Assembly: GCA_001443395.1 (NCBI GenBank)
Contig: LDXK01000001.1
Coordinates: 64,001-128,000, forward strand
DNA: 64,000 nucleotides
Source: a candidate division WWE3 bacterium CSP1-7
GTDB taxonomy: Bacteria; Patescibacteriota; WWE3; 9FT-COMBO-53-11
Reading direction: 5' to 3'
The position numbers and the translations under genes were made by a program. Positions 41,701-51,028 of this stretch are shown in pieces (within the stretch, counting starts at the first letter, position 1; every line of letters starts with the position of its first letter). Under the pieces are notes generated by a model, which saw only the letters and a list, made by a program, of their open reading frames with translations, ran no database searches and had not been told where the DNA came from.

Positions 41701-42310
41701 ACGCCAGTTCGACCTCCCGCTCCGAGAGAACCGAAAAGAGCTTAACGCTTTTGAGAACTTCCAGTCCCTCCCGTTTGGTATCGGAAAGTTTTATCTTGTT
41801 GGCCGGATCCTGCTCTTGTTTGATCTGCTGATTGAGATCGTGTTCAAATTTTTCCAGGACCGGACCGCGCTTCTCGCGATCAAACTCGGTGATCAGGTAG
41901 CGGGAGAAGTAGATTACCCCTTCCACATCACGCGAAGAAATCCCCAGAAGAATACTGACCATGGAAGGAACTCCGCGGAAGAACCAGATGTGCGCCACCG
42001 GAGAAGCCAGGGAAATGTGCCCCATCCGCTCCCGCCGGACCCGCTTGCTAGTGACCTCCACTCCGCACTTATCGCAGATGATTCCTTTAAAGCGGGCCTT
42101 CTTGTATTTTCCGCAGTAGCACTCGTAATCTTTGGTCGGGCCAAAAATCCGCTCATCAAAGAGACCATCTTTTTCCGCCTTGAAAGTTCGATAGTTGATT
42201 GTCTCCGGCTTGGTGACTTCACCATAGGACCAACCCTTGATAATCTCCGGAGAAGCAAATTTAATTCTCAGAGAATCAAATTCTCGAAAAGCTTCCAAAC
42301 CACTAGGCAT
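38732..42310 (-). CDS. rpoC: RNA polymerase beta' subunit
   Basis: NADFDGD, Zn finger, AQSIGEPGTQLTLRT motifs. Confidence 0.99.
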   Translation of the reverse strand: MPSGLEAFREFDSLRIKFASPEIIKGWSYGEVTKPETINYRTFKAEKDGLFDERIFGPTKDYECYCGKYKKARFKGIICDKCGVEVTSKRVRRERMGHISLASPVAHIWFFRGVPSMVSILLGISSRDVEGVIYFSRYLITEFDREKRGPVLEKFEHDLNQQIKQEQDPANKIKLSDTKREGLEVLKSVKLFSVLSEREVELALPYLKEFSEVMMGAEAIRRALALVDLGKISLQLRKVVHESKGERGVWARRRLRIVEGLKNAGVEPAWFILTVLPVIPPDLRPMVQLEGGRFATSDLNDLYRTVINRNNRLRQLLELGAPEIIVRNEKRMLQEAVDALIDSSKARRGKVRRGKKTLRSFADLLSGKQGRFRQNLLGKRVDYSGRSVIVVGPYLKLNQVGIPREMALELWKPHVLREILLRGSASNLRSAKAYLEERSDEVWEILEQLVVDHPVLLNRAPSLHRLSILGFYPILVDGSAIQLHPAVCAGFNADFDGDAMAVHLPISKRAIAEVKALMISTNNLLRPATGEPIAFPNKEQVLGTYYLTSIPVEEETRKEEDFKVFSSEQEAIIAYDLEKIVLREKIKVMVGEQILVTTVGRVILNSVLPDFLRFYNGKVGAKEAKDFISQALVKSEDQVVADLVDAIKHLGFHYATYSGASISAFDGIIPSEKPKVLADAEKKVSEIDQNFRRGLITDSERKELSRVVWSEATNVLDDLAWNALGEDNPIKLIIGSGAARATRDQVKQISGMRGHVVDPTGKVVELPIRSNYREGLTSFEYFVGARGARKGLVDTALRTADAGYLTRRLVDVAQDVLIREADCKTKNSISLAKEEETFLITFSRRLNGRVAAEDIKIRSKVLVKKNELIDALAAEAIEKSGITEVKIRSPLTCESLHGVCASCYGLDLGRNRPAAIGTPVGIVAAQSIGEPGTQLTLRTKHMGGIAASKDITQGLPRIEEVFEARTPKFEANVAPYAGKISVSEEGDSRKVFLTGKEGAMQFDVPVGRNILVKDGEKVEAGVQLTEGYLDPKKILGVRGILSTQKYLVNEILKVYSGQGISLDDIHLEVIVRQMFNKLRITDPGDTEFIPEEIITKIQLEKANDELSKGSKRAVGEPVLLGITRSSLKTDSWLSAASFMETTRILTEAAAAGKVDNLLGLKESVIVGRLIPTGERSQLKEKKKEEKVKKEAK

Positions 42311-45300
42311 TTTCTTCCTCCTTTTGTTCTGCTCTCTCGGCCGGTTGGCCCTCCGCTACTTCACCCATCGCCGCCTCCTCCGCCGGACCCTCCTCGCTGG
42401 GTTCGGGAGCGAAAACAGCCGCGGCCAGCTCGGCTTCCTCGGACACCGGGGGCTCGGGAAGAGACGGTACCTCGGCCACTCGGGCGGAAACAATCTTTTC
42501 GCCCTTTTTCAGCGGTTCAATATTCAGCCCCACTCCGTTGAGTTCTCGAATCAAGAGCTTGAATGATTCGGGAAGAGTAGGTTCGGGAATTTCCTCACCC
42601 TGGACGATCGCACGGTACGCCGCCGAACGCCCGACCAGATCGTCCGATTTGGTCGTCAACATCTCTTGCAAGGCATAGGCTGCACCGTAAGCCTCGATTG
42701 CCCAGACCTCCATTTCCCCAAAACGCTGGCCGCCAAATTGAGCTTTTCCTCCCAGGGGCTGCTGGGTAATTAGCGCGTAGGGTCCGGTCGAACGGGCGTG
42801 CATCTTGTCCTCCGCCAGGTGCTCCAGCTTGAGAATGTAGGCATTGCCGACGACCACTTCCTGCTCAAAAGGCTTGCCGGTCCGGCCGTCGAAGAGCTTT
42901 GCCTTGCCGGAAACCGGTAGATTGGCCGCCTGAAGTTCCGCCTCCAGCGTTGCTTCGCCAAACTTTTCGAAAACCGGCACCGCATAATGCTTTCCCGATT
43001 TGGCTCCCGCCCACCCCAGATGGGTTTCCAACAGCTGGCCCAGATTCATCCGGTTAATGACAGAGTGCGGCGCCAGAATGATATCGACCGGCGTCCCGTC
43101 CTCGAGGTAGGGAAGATCCGCTGCCGGCACAATTCGAGAAATAACTCCCTTGTTACCGTGCCGCCCCGCCAACTTGTCCCCCACTGTGATCTTGCGGATC
43201 TGCGCCACGCGGACATAGATCTCCTGCAGAACTCCCTCGGGAAGTTCCGATTCTCCCCGATTCAAAATCTTTACCTCGACCACGGTCCCCCACTCCCCGT
43301 GAGGAACTCGCAGGGAAACATCTCGCACCTCGCGAGCTTTCTCCCCAAAAATGGCGCGGAGAAGCCGTTCTTCCGCCGAGAGCTCGGTCTCGCCCTTGGG
43401 AGCGATTTTCCCAACCAAGATATCGCCGCCCTTTACCTCTGAACCGATGGCGGCGATACCGCTTTCGTCCAGATTGCGCAGGGCCTCTTCGGAAACATTG
43501 GGAATGTCCTGTGTTACCTCTTCCGGACCGAGTTTCGTTTCCAGGACCTGAATGCTGTGTTCTGAAATGTGAATCGAAGAGAGCAAGTCCTCCCGGCGCA
43601 GACGATCAGAAAGCACAATACCGTCTTCATAACCGAACCCGTCCCAGTACATGTAAGCGATGGTGAGATTACGGCCGATGGCCAGCTCACCGTTTTCGGT
43701 CGCCGGCCCATCGATCAGCACATCACCCTTCTTAAAAACCTGGCTGGACTCCACTCGCACGTGCTGGTTGTAGCAGGTTTCATCGTTGCTTTTGACGAAC
43801 TTCTGCAGATCATAGTGCTTCTTTTTGCCCCCCTGGTAAACCACTTCCAACCTCCCCGCATCCACATAAGAGACCTTTCCAGCATCCTCGGCGATAATCG
43901 TCAGACCGGAATTGATCGCCAAATCCCTCTCAATTCCCGTCCCCACAATCGGCGCTTCCGGGACAACCAGCGGCACGGCTTGGCCGACCATGTTGGATGC
44001 CATCAACGCTCGATTCACATCATCATGCGCCAAAAAAGGAATAAGGGCCGCCGAGGCGGAGACAATTTGGCGAGGAGTCACGTCCACTAGCTCGGCCTGG
44101 TCGGCGGAGCCGAAGAAGAACTCGATCTTGTGGCGGAGTGGAATCCGTTCATCCAGGATCCGCCCGCTCTTGTCCAGCCGGACGGAAGCATCCGCGACCA
44201 CGTATTGATCCTCTTGAGAAGCGGTGAGATAGATAATCTCCTTTGTCACCATCGGTTTGCCATTGATTTTCTTAACTTTTCGGTAAGGGGTCTCCAAAAA
44301 TCCAAGCGGGTTGATCCGCGCGTAGAGCGCTAGGTGGGTTGTTAGTCCAATTGAAGTTCCTTCCGGGGTTTTGACCGGGCAAATCCGCCCGTAGTGGGTG
44401 TAGTGGGCATCTCGCACCGAAAAACTAGCCCGCTCCGCGGTTAATCCGCCCGGGCCCTTAACCGAAAGGCGCCGAAGGTGCTCCAGTCCCGCCAAAGGAT
44501 TAACCTGCTCGTGATACTGCGAGAGTTGCGAAGAAGCAAAGAAAGAGTGCAGCCGCGCCTCTACCGGGCGGGTTGAGATGATTGCCAACGGTTTGGGAAG
44601 CTGATTCCGCGCCTGCAGGCTCATTCTCTCCTTGACGACCCTTTCCAATTGGATGAAGCCGATCCGGAGCTGACCCTGGATCAACTCCCCCACCGTCCGC
44701 ACCCGCCGGTTCCCCAGATGGTCAATATCACTTGGTTCACCGATGCCGTGGTTGAGTTCGATCAACCGCTTCAAGGCCGAGATCAAGTCGCCGCGGGTGA
44801 GCAGGCGGTTGTGCCGCTCATCCAAGGAAAGATCCAACCCCAGGATTTCATTGAGTTTGAAGCGCCCCGCTTTCCCAAGATCGTAGCGGCGGGGATCGAG
44901 GAAGATCCGCTCAAAAGTGAGCTTGGCGGTATCGAGCAGAGCCGGCTCCCCGGGCCGGACCTTAGTGAAAATTTCAACGACGGCCTCCTCGTAGGATTTG
45001 GTGGAATCTTTCTTGAGAGTTTCTTCGATGAAATTTCGATTGGGGTCGGTGTCAACATCGTTGAAAGCCGCGCGAATGTCGTCATCCCGGGTTAAGCCGA
45101 AAGCTCGCAAGAGAGTGGTGACCGGCATCTTGTGGTAGTTGCTGATTTTAACCGTGATGTAGTTGCGACGGGCGGTACTGAATTCCAGCCAGGCTCCGTT
45201 CTTGGGAAGAATCCTTGCCGAGGACAACAGAACCCCGGTCGTGGGATCGGTTTCTTGAGAAAAATAGATTCCTTCAGAACGAAGGAGCTGATTAACGACG

Positions 45301-45668
45301 GCGCGTTCGATCCCGGCCACGATGAAGGTTCCTCCCTCCGTCATCTGGGGAATTTCCCCCATGTAAATCTCCTGGGAAACGGTCTTGCCGCTTTTTACTT
45401 CCTTCAGTTCGGCGGTGAGGTACCAAGAGAAAGAAAAGGTCAGACCTTTCTTGATGGCTTCTTCTTTGCTGACGCGGGGCTTGCCGTAGCGGGGCTTGTT
45501 GAAACTCAGTTCCCAACCACGGCCGGTGTAGTCTTGGATCGGATTGATTTCTTCCAGAACTTCCAAAATCCCCTCTTTGAGGAGCTGATCGAAAGATTCT
45601 TTCTGGACCGCTGAGAGATCCGAAAGGGGCAAGGCCTCTGCGGTTTTCCCTAGCCACACTCTAGTCAT
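42303..45668 (-). CDS. rpoB: RNA polymerase beta subunit
   Basis: GDKLAGRHGNKG, GGQRFGEMEVW motifs; start likely ATG 45668. Confidence 0.99.
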   Translation of the reverse strand: MTRVWLGKTAEALPLSDLSAVQKESFDQLLKEGILEVLEEINPIQDYTGRGWELSFNKPRYGKPRVSKEEAIKKGLTFSFSWYLTAELKEVKSGKTVSQEIYMGEIPQMTEGGTFIVAGIERAVVNQLLRSEGIYFSQETDPTTGVLLSSARILPKNGAWLEFSTARRNYITVKISNYHKMPVTTLLRAFGLTRDDDIRAAFNDVDTDPNRNFIEETLKKDSTKSYEEAVVEIFTKVRPGEPALLDTAKLTFERIFLDPRRYDLGKAGRFKLNEILGLDLSLDERHNRLLTRGDLISALKRLIELNHGIGEPSDIDHLGNRRVRTVGELIQGQLRIGFIQLERVVKERMSLQARNQLPKPLAIISTRPVEARLHSFFASSQLSQYHEQVNPLAGLEHLRRLSVKGPGGLTAERASFSVRDAHYTHYGRICPVKTPEGTSIGLTTHLALYARINPLGFLETPYRKVKKINGKPMVTKEIIYLTASQEDQYVVADASVRLDKSGRILDERIPLRHKIEFFFGSADQAELVDVTPRQIVSASAALIPFLAHDDVNRALMASNMVGQAVPLVVPEAPIVGTGIERDLAINSGLTIIAEDAGKVSYVDAGRLEVVYQGGKKKHYDLQKFVKSNDETCYNQHVRVESSQVFKKGDVLIDGPATENGELAIGRNLTIAYMYWDGFGYEDGIVLSDRLRREDLLSSIHISEHSIQVLETKLGPEEVTQDIPNVSEEALRNLDESGIAAIGSEVKGGDILVGKIAPKGETELSAEERLLRAIFGEKAREVRDVSLRVPHGEWGTVVEVKILNRGESELPEGVLQEIYVRVAQIRKITVGDKLAGRHGNKGVISRIVPAADLPYLEDGTPVDIILAPHSVINRMNLGQLLETHLGWAGAKSGKHYAVPVFEKFGEATLEAELQAANLPVSGKAKLFDGRTGKPFEQEVVVGNAYILKLEHLAEDKMHARSTGPYALITQQPLGGKAQFGGQRFGEMEVWAIEAYGAAYALQEMLTTKSDDLVGRSAAYRAIVQGEEIPEPTLPESFKLLIRELNGVGLNIEPLKKGEKIVSARVAEVPSLPEPPVSEEAELAAAVFAPEPSEEGPAEEAAMGEVAEGQPAERAEQKEEENA

Positions 45669-45790
45669 CAATCTAAAAAGAAAAGCAAAGCGCACAAACA
45701 CAAAACGCCCACGCGCTTATCGGGAAAAAATATTCACTTAACGAGGCTAATTTAACAACAAAAGCGCTAAAAGTCAATACCCTGAGAACA

Positions 45791-47008
45791 CTATTTAGAA
45801 GAACGCCCCGAGGCCAGAAGGAACAGGTAATTACCCTTAACAGTTTCTAACTTTTCAAATTGGAGTTTCCATTCTGGGAAATTTCTCGAGGTAACATCTC
45901 TAAACTCGCTTTCTGTCATAAATAGCCCACCTCGATCACCTAAGAAATTCCTGTAGTACGCATTCCAAAACCTTGCTCTTTTCGTAGACCGAGATGGATC
46001 CTCTACATCAACAATCAAAACCCTCTTACCGACCTTTTTTAACGAGTCAAGCAAGACAACGAGTTCCTCGTAATTGTGCATATGATGAAGAGTGTTCTTA
46101 CAAATAACTAAATCGAATTTTTTGGAAAACGGTAGATCGGTTGCATCGTGATTCGTAAAGATGATGTTGTCGGGAAGATTTCTTTCCCTCCTCAAGGCCG
46201 CTGTGACGGATCTGGAGACATCGTTTGCCACACAAAGCTCAACGCTCTTACAAACTTCAAAGATAAATTTATCGTCTCCGCAAGAAACATCCAACACCGT
46301 CTTAGCCGAACCGATGTAGTTTTTCATAATTTTTTTAATCCTATCTGAACTGAATACCTTTGATAATGGGGCGACTGTTAACTCATGGATTAGATAATTC
46401 AATCTACGATTTCGATTTACGTCTATTTCATCATGCGCAAGCAATATCTGTTTTTGAGAGAGTTTTTGTTGCGCCAATTCTAAAATTCTTTCGTTGGCGT
46501 ACATTAAATTTTTGGACACAGATCTGAAGTTATCAACAAAGGCGAGAGAAATCTCGGAGTCCCTAATTTTTCCCCTAGCTCTGACTAACCAAGCCAAACC
46601 GCGGTGCACAACTTCCCGATGCCCGTCGACAAAGTGGTTTTCTATAACCGCAATTGGTTCAGTCTCATCTGTTTCCAAACCAGTTTCTCTCTCTACGATC
46701 CTAAAGAGAGCGTCCTCCAGATTTTCTCCCGGTGAGACAGATCCTCCCGGAAGTTCCCAGCCACCATGTTTGCCGGGATCACGCAGAACTAAAAACTGGT
46801 AATTCTCATTAAAAATAGCGGCGACTATAAAGTTGCCGGCCTTAAGAGAGTAGTGATGCAATAAACTCGAGGGGACAGTTTGTTTGTCTTTGATAACATC
46901 AATACCGTAATAATCAACGTAAAAGTCCAGAATCCGGTCAAAATTACCACCACGCGAGTAAATCTTCCTGAAATTCAATTTTTGGTGGCTACCGTTTCCT
47001 TCGTTCAT
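45791..47008 (-). CDS. NUDIX hydrolase fused to a class I SAM methyltransferase
   Basis: WELPGG...RETGL NUDIX box; VLDVSCGD, DATDLPF, FDLVIC...LHH methyltransferase motifs. Confidence 0.82.
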   Translation of the reverse strand: MNEGNGSHQKLNFRKIYSRGGNFDRILDFYVDYYGIDVIKDKQTVPSSLLHHYSLKAGNFIVAAIFNENYQFLVLRDPGKHGGWELPGGSVSPGENLEDALFRIVERETGLETDETEPIAVIENHFVDGHREVVHRGLAWLVRARGKIRDSEISLAFVDNFRSVSKNLMYANERILELAQQKLSQKQILLAHDEIDVNRNRRLNYLIHELTVAPLSKVFSSDRIKKIMKNYIGSAKTVLDVSCGDDKFIFEVCKSVELCVANDVSRSVTAALRRERNLPDNIIFTNHDATDLPFSKKFDLVICKNTLHHMHNYEELVVLLDSLKKVGKRVLIVDVEDPSRSTKRARFWNAYYRNFLGDRGGLFMTESEFRDVTSRNFPEWKLQFEKLETVKGNYLFLLASGRSSK

Positions 47009-47032
47009 GTTGTAAAAAGGGCTAAGCGTGGC

Positions 47033-47602
47033 TTATTTGCTCAGCCCCTCGATTATATTACGAATCTCCCCAACAACCTGAGGGACAGTTTTGAACGTAT
47101 TATCCACTAGAACATATTCGCTATCGTATCGTCGGTAAGCTTCGAGTATCTTCTGCCGGATACGCTCATTATCTGTGACCTCATCGCCAACGGAACGGCC
47201 CCGGGAACCCAAGCGCCGCTGTCGTACACCCTCATCGCTTATGGCAAGAAAAATTGTCAGGTCTGGACGACGAATGCCCTTGGTGTAATTAAGGCGCACT
47301 GGCAGACCTAAACCGCGGTGGTAACAGACTGTATCAAGAAGGTATCGAACACAGTAAACGTTGCTGCTGTTCCTCAAAAGTTCGGAGATGATACTGGACG
47401 CATGGTAGATCGAAGCCAAATAGAAGTGGTAATGCGTCCAGGGGTGTTGCATAGCAAGAGCGTCCATCTCAGAGCGCGCGGGAATAAACGGGTCCGTAGG
47501 TGTCTTCACCAAGTACGACCCCGGATCCAATTCCTGCAAGGCCGCAGCAACTGTATCTTTACCGGAGGCATCAAGGCCTGTTATAACAATGAACTTGCCC
47601 AT
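47033..47602 (-). CDS. Thymidylate-kinase-like P-loop nucleotide kinase
   Basis: FIVITGLDASGKDT, RY, PDLTIFL motifs. Confidence 0.8.
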   Translation of the reverse strand: MGKFIVITGLDASGKDTVAAALQELDPGSYLVKTPTDPFIPARSEMDALAMQHPWTHYHFYLASIYHASSIISELLRNSSNVYCVRYLLDTVCYHRGLGLPVRLNYTKGIRRPDLTIFLAISDEGVRQRRLGSRGRSVGDEVTDNERIRQKILEAYRRYDSEYVLVDNTFKTVPQVVGEIRNIIEGLSK

Positions 47603-47676
47603 GCTTTTCTCCCCTTTATTCAATGGTTTGTCTTATTATAAGATACTTATATCTGGGAATCAAGAGAGGAACGACG

Positions 47677-48141
47677 TCAGGTGATCTCGAGAACCTTCAT
47701 TTGCACCGACCCACCTGGGGTAACCGCTTTAACCTGCTCGCCTGCCTTGGCTCCCAACAATGCTTTGCCTATCGGAGAAGTACAGGAGATCTTTCCACTA
47801 AGAAGATCGGATTCACTCTCGCCAAGGACCGTAAAAACTTTCTCAATTCCGTCAATTCTTACTTTCACAGTACTACCAATCATAACGTGGTCACGAGATG
47901 TGGGCGTTTCAACTATCTGTGCAGTTAAAATCTGGTCTTCTACATCACCAATGAGCCGAATCAACATAGACACATCGCTCTCGGCTTGTTCAAAAGCCGC
48001 ATTCTCGTGCCAGAGCCCCTCATCTCCGGCCGCTTCGCCTATTCTCTTCTTTGCCTTTCCCAACTCTTCTTCCAATTGCTTCTTCCTCTGCAGGAGCTTC
48101 TCGCGTCCTTCTTTTGTGAGATAAATCTTCTTGTATTCCAT
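47677..48141 (-). CDS. GreA/GreB-family factor with a non-canonical tip
   Basis: YLTKEG, IGSTV, ISCTSPIGKALLG motifs; tip GDEGLWHEN. Confidence 0.85.
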   Translation of the reverse strand: MEYKKIYLTKEGREKLLQRKKQLEEELGKAKKRIGEAAGDEGLWHENAAFEQAESDVSMLIRLIGDVEDQILTAQIVETPTSRDHVMIGSTVKVRIDGIEKVFTVLGESESDLLSGKISCTSPIGKALLGAKAGEQVKAVTPGGSVQMKVLEIT

Positions 48142-48240
48142 ACGTACGGATTATTATAACCGACAACCGATATAAAGTCGAAAAATTTTGACGGGCGTTA
48201 TATATTATTAAATAGTCAGAAGAAGAGGAAGGGAGGGGAG

Positions 48241-48699
48241 ATGTTTTACTTTCTAGAAGAGGATCTCAAAGATCTCGAAAGTCGGATCACAAAACTCCGA
48301 AGCGAGTTAGAGATTACCGCCAAATCGATTGGCCAAAACGGAGGTGGGGAGGGTGCTTGGCACGACAACTTTGCTTTCGAGGAAGCGCATCGACAATATG
48401 CGCTCAATGCCAAGCGGGTAAGCAATCTCCAGGAGATCAGAGAACACGCTCAGCTCTTTGATCCGGATACCGATATTGGGATAGTTCAGCTAGGAAAGTC
48501 TGTGACAATCGTTGAAGAAGGGTCGGGCGAAACACAGACTTTCCAAATCGGGAGCTACATGATTGTTAGCAATTCGAGAGACGCAGTATCGTACGCCGCT
48601 CCACTTGCCCAGCTGATCAGCGGAGCAACTATCGGCGAGGTGCGCGAAGGTGTAATCGGAGGATCGCTAAAGCGGTATAAGGTCGTTAAGATCGAATAA
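48241..48699 (+). CDS. Divergent GreA/GreB-like factor
   Basis: Coiled coil with WHDNFAFE tip; VSYAAPLAQLISG C-domain; GGGAGG SD. Confidence 0.75.
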   Translation: MFYFLEEDLKDLESRITKLRSELEITAKSIGQNGGGEGAWHDNFAFEEAHRQYALNAKRVSNLQEIREHAQLFDPDTDIGIVQLGKSVTIVEEGSGETQTFQIGSYMIVSNSRDAVSYAAPLAQLISGATIGEVREGVIGGSLKRYKVVKIE

Positions 48700-48779
48700 G
48701 AGATAAGCGCGGGTGATTCAATTTTCCGCGCTTTTTAAGTTTTTAAATTAAATAACCGACTTCTAATTCAGGGTTCTAC

Positions 48780-49757
48780 TTAAAGGCAGGATTTGTTAGC
48801 GTTGTGCTCCGTCGGAGTTTTCGCGTAGCGGATTTGACCATTCTCACAATGGAGATAAAACCAGTAAGGAGATTTTCGGTAGTTTACGACCGCCAAGAGA
48901 GTGTCGATTCCGGGATTGGCGATCGGCATCGGTGGAATCCCGAGATGGGTGTAGGTGTTGTAAAGTGAGTCGATTTTTTTACCAGCAACGATCTTGGATT
49001 CTTTAGTTGTCCACCATGACCCAGTGTCTTCTTGGTATCCCAGCAGATACTGGATCGTGGCGTCAATCCCTAAATACCATCCGGACTTCCAGCGCTTGAT
49101 CATAATCCCGGCAATCGTTTCCAGCTCCTCCTGGTTCCCGACGCTTTCCCTTTCCAGAAGAGAGGCCAGGATGGTAATCTGCTTCTTTGTGAGGCCGCTT
49201 TTTGATTGGAGCGGCAGAACCGTTCCTTGATATTTCTTTTCAAAGTTTTGGTTGAGAAGTACGACCAGCTCTTGGGCACCGATGTTGATCGGCACGATAT
49301 AGGTATCGGGGAAAAGATATCCTTCCAAATCCTCGGTCGCAACTAAGAATTGGGTCGAAAAATCTTCATCGTCCACGGCCAGATTTGCCAGCGCGTAGCG
49401 CAGATATTCTTCCCGCCGCCAACCTTCTAAGAAAGTGAGACGGACATCAAAAGTCCCGTGCTGCAGCAGCTCCACCACTTGAACCGGCGTGAGCGCCAGA
49501 GGAATATCGTACCGTCCGGCTTGAATTTTAGAAGTAAGATTTTTGAAGCGGACATAGGAGACGAAAAGAAAAGAATTCATCACCCCCGCCGCCTGAAGTT
49601 TGCCGCCGATCTCCTGGACCGATTCTCCGGAAGAAATCAGGACCTCGACTTTGCCGGAGGCCGCGATCGGCTGATTCAATTTCCAAAGGAGAAATGCTCC
49701 CCCCGCCAAAACCAAGGCCGCCAAAACCAGAATAACCAAAATAATTTTAAGCCGCAT
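48780..49757 (-). CDS. mltG: Endolytic transglycosylase MltG
   Basis: EGYLFPDTY, ASLLERE, YNTY...GIPPMPIANPG motifs. Confidence 0.93.
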   Translation of the reverse strand: MRLKIILVILVLAALVLAGGAFLLWKLNQPIAASGKVEVLISSGESVQEIGGKLQAAGVMNSFLFVSYVRFKNLTSKIQAGRYDIPLALTPVQVVELLQHGTFDVRLTFLEGWRREEYLRYALANLAVDDEDFSTQFLVATEDLEGYLFPDTYIVPINIGAQELVVLLNQNFEKKYQGTVLPLQSKSGLTKKQITILASLLERESVGNQEELETIAGIMIKRWKSGWYLGIDATIQYLLGYQEDTGSWWTTKESKIVAGKKIDSLYNTYTHLGIPPMPIANPGIDTLLAVVNYRKSPYWFYLHCENGQIRYAKTPTEHNANKSCL

Positions 49758-50163
49758 ATCCTCTAAGTTTAAGATAATCTTCGGCCGCACGCAAAATTTC
49801 CTTCGCGTTCTTAAAAGTTACCCTCTCGATGGCTTCCGCAAAACCAAGCCAAGCGAACCCTTGGTGTTCGAAGGAAATTTTTACTTCAGCTTGCCGAGTT
49901 TCCGCGAGGAGATAGGCCACCCATTTATTGACCAAATCTCCTTGGTGCTGGTAAACAAAATGAATTGTTTTCTTGAACCCGGGGATAAATTCCAGATCGG
50001 CGATGCCGGTCTCCTCCCGCACCTCCCGCCGCACCGTTTCCTCGGTTTTCTCGCCTTTTTCAATCCCCCCTTTTGGAAAATCCCAATGCCCGGACTGGTA
50101 ATGAAGTAAAAGGTAGAATGGTCCCCGAAAAACAATTGCTCCGGCGGAGCGTCCGACAGGCAC
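49747..50163 (-). CDS. NUDIX hydrolase (Ap4A-hydrolase-like)
   Basis: SAGAIVF, HWDFPKG...REVREETG motifs. Confidence 0.88.
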   Translation of the reverse strand: MPVGRSAGAIVFRGPFYLLLHYQSGHWDFPKGGIEKGEKTEETVRREVREETGIADLEFIPGFKKTIHFVYQHQGDLVNKWVAYLLAETRQAEVKISFEHQGFAWLGFAEAIERVTFKNAKEILRAAEDYLKLRGYAA

Positions 50164-50166
50164 GCG

Positions 50167-50592
50167 TTAATCTCGCCGCTCCAGTGACCTTTCCCAAACC
50201 CCGATAACTAAAAGGGTAACCAGGGTAAACCCCGCTGCTACCGCCGCTAAAAGGTATTCCCCCAGACCCATGGCCATTCCCATCGCCGCAGTGATCCAGA
50301 GCGAAGCCGCTGTGGTCACCCCCTTGATCTGCCCGCCGGAAGAGATGATTACCCCCGCCCCGACAAAACCTATTCCGACCACGATTTGGGAAGCGATTCG
50401 AGTGGGGTCGGCGGCCCCATCGCCAAAAGCCGAACTCAAAGAAAGGATCGTAAAAAGAGACGAGGCCAGGGAGACTAGCATGTGGGTGCGCAGCCCGGCC
50501 GGTTTCCTGCTGATTTCTCTCTCCAACCCGATCAAAAAACCGATCAGAAGCGCGCCGCCCAACCTCAAGATTTCTTCCCAAGGAGAAAGCAT
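50167..50592 (-). CDS. MgtC/SapB-family membrane protein
   Basis: IGLERE, AGLRTH, GIGFVGAG, TTAASLW motifs. Confidence 0.92.
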   Translation of the reverse strand: MLSPWEEILRLGGALLIGFLIGLEREISRKPAGLRTHMLVSLASSLFTILSLSSAFGDGAADPTRIASQIVVGIGFVGAGVIISSGGQIKGVTTAASLWITAAMGMAMGLGEYLLAAVAAGFTLVTLLVIGVWERSLERRD

Positions 50593-50613
50593 TACAAAAA
50601 TAGAATAACAAAC

Positions 50614-50988
50614 TTAAGATTGGTTCTGGTTTTCGTCTAAAAACTCCTGCAGAAGCAGAGCAGCAGCCTGAGCATCCAAATCACGGCGGGACTTTTTGGG
50701 CTTCCCGGATTCGATTGATTTTTGGAGGGCCTGGCGGCTGGTCAAAACCTCCGAGCGCAGCACCACCGGTACACCCAGTTCACCCTCAATCCGCCTGCTC
50801 CAACCTCTCACCCTTTCCTCAAATTTGCCCTCCGGTAATCCCAACACTATCCTCTCCACCCTTTCGTCCCGGGCAATTCCCACCAATTCCTCGAACGAAC
50901 CGACCGTTCCCAAAGGTTCGGCGAGATTTCCCCGAGCAATCGCCATCCCGATTCTCTTTTCACCCCAGTCCACTCCTAGAATATTCAT
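50614..50988 (-). CDS. ruvX: RuvX/YqgF-family nuclease
   Basis: ILGVDWGEKRIGMA, IVLGLP, DAQAAALLLQ motifs. Confidence 0.9.
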   Translation of the reverse strand: MNILGVDWGEKRIGMAIARGNLAEPLGTVGSFEELVGIARDERVERIVLGLPEGKFEERVRGWSRRIEGELGVPVVLRSEVLTSRQALQKSIESGKPKKSRRDLDAQAAALLLQEFLDENQNQS

Positions 50989-51028
50989 CCAACATATGAT
51001 AGCGGATATAAAAAAAGCCTCCGTTTGG

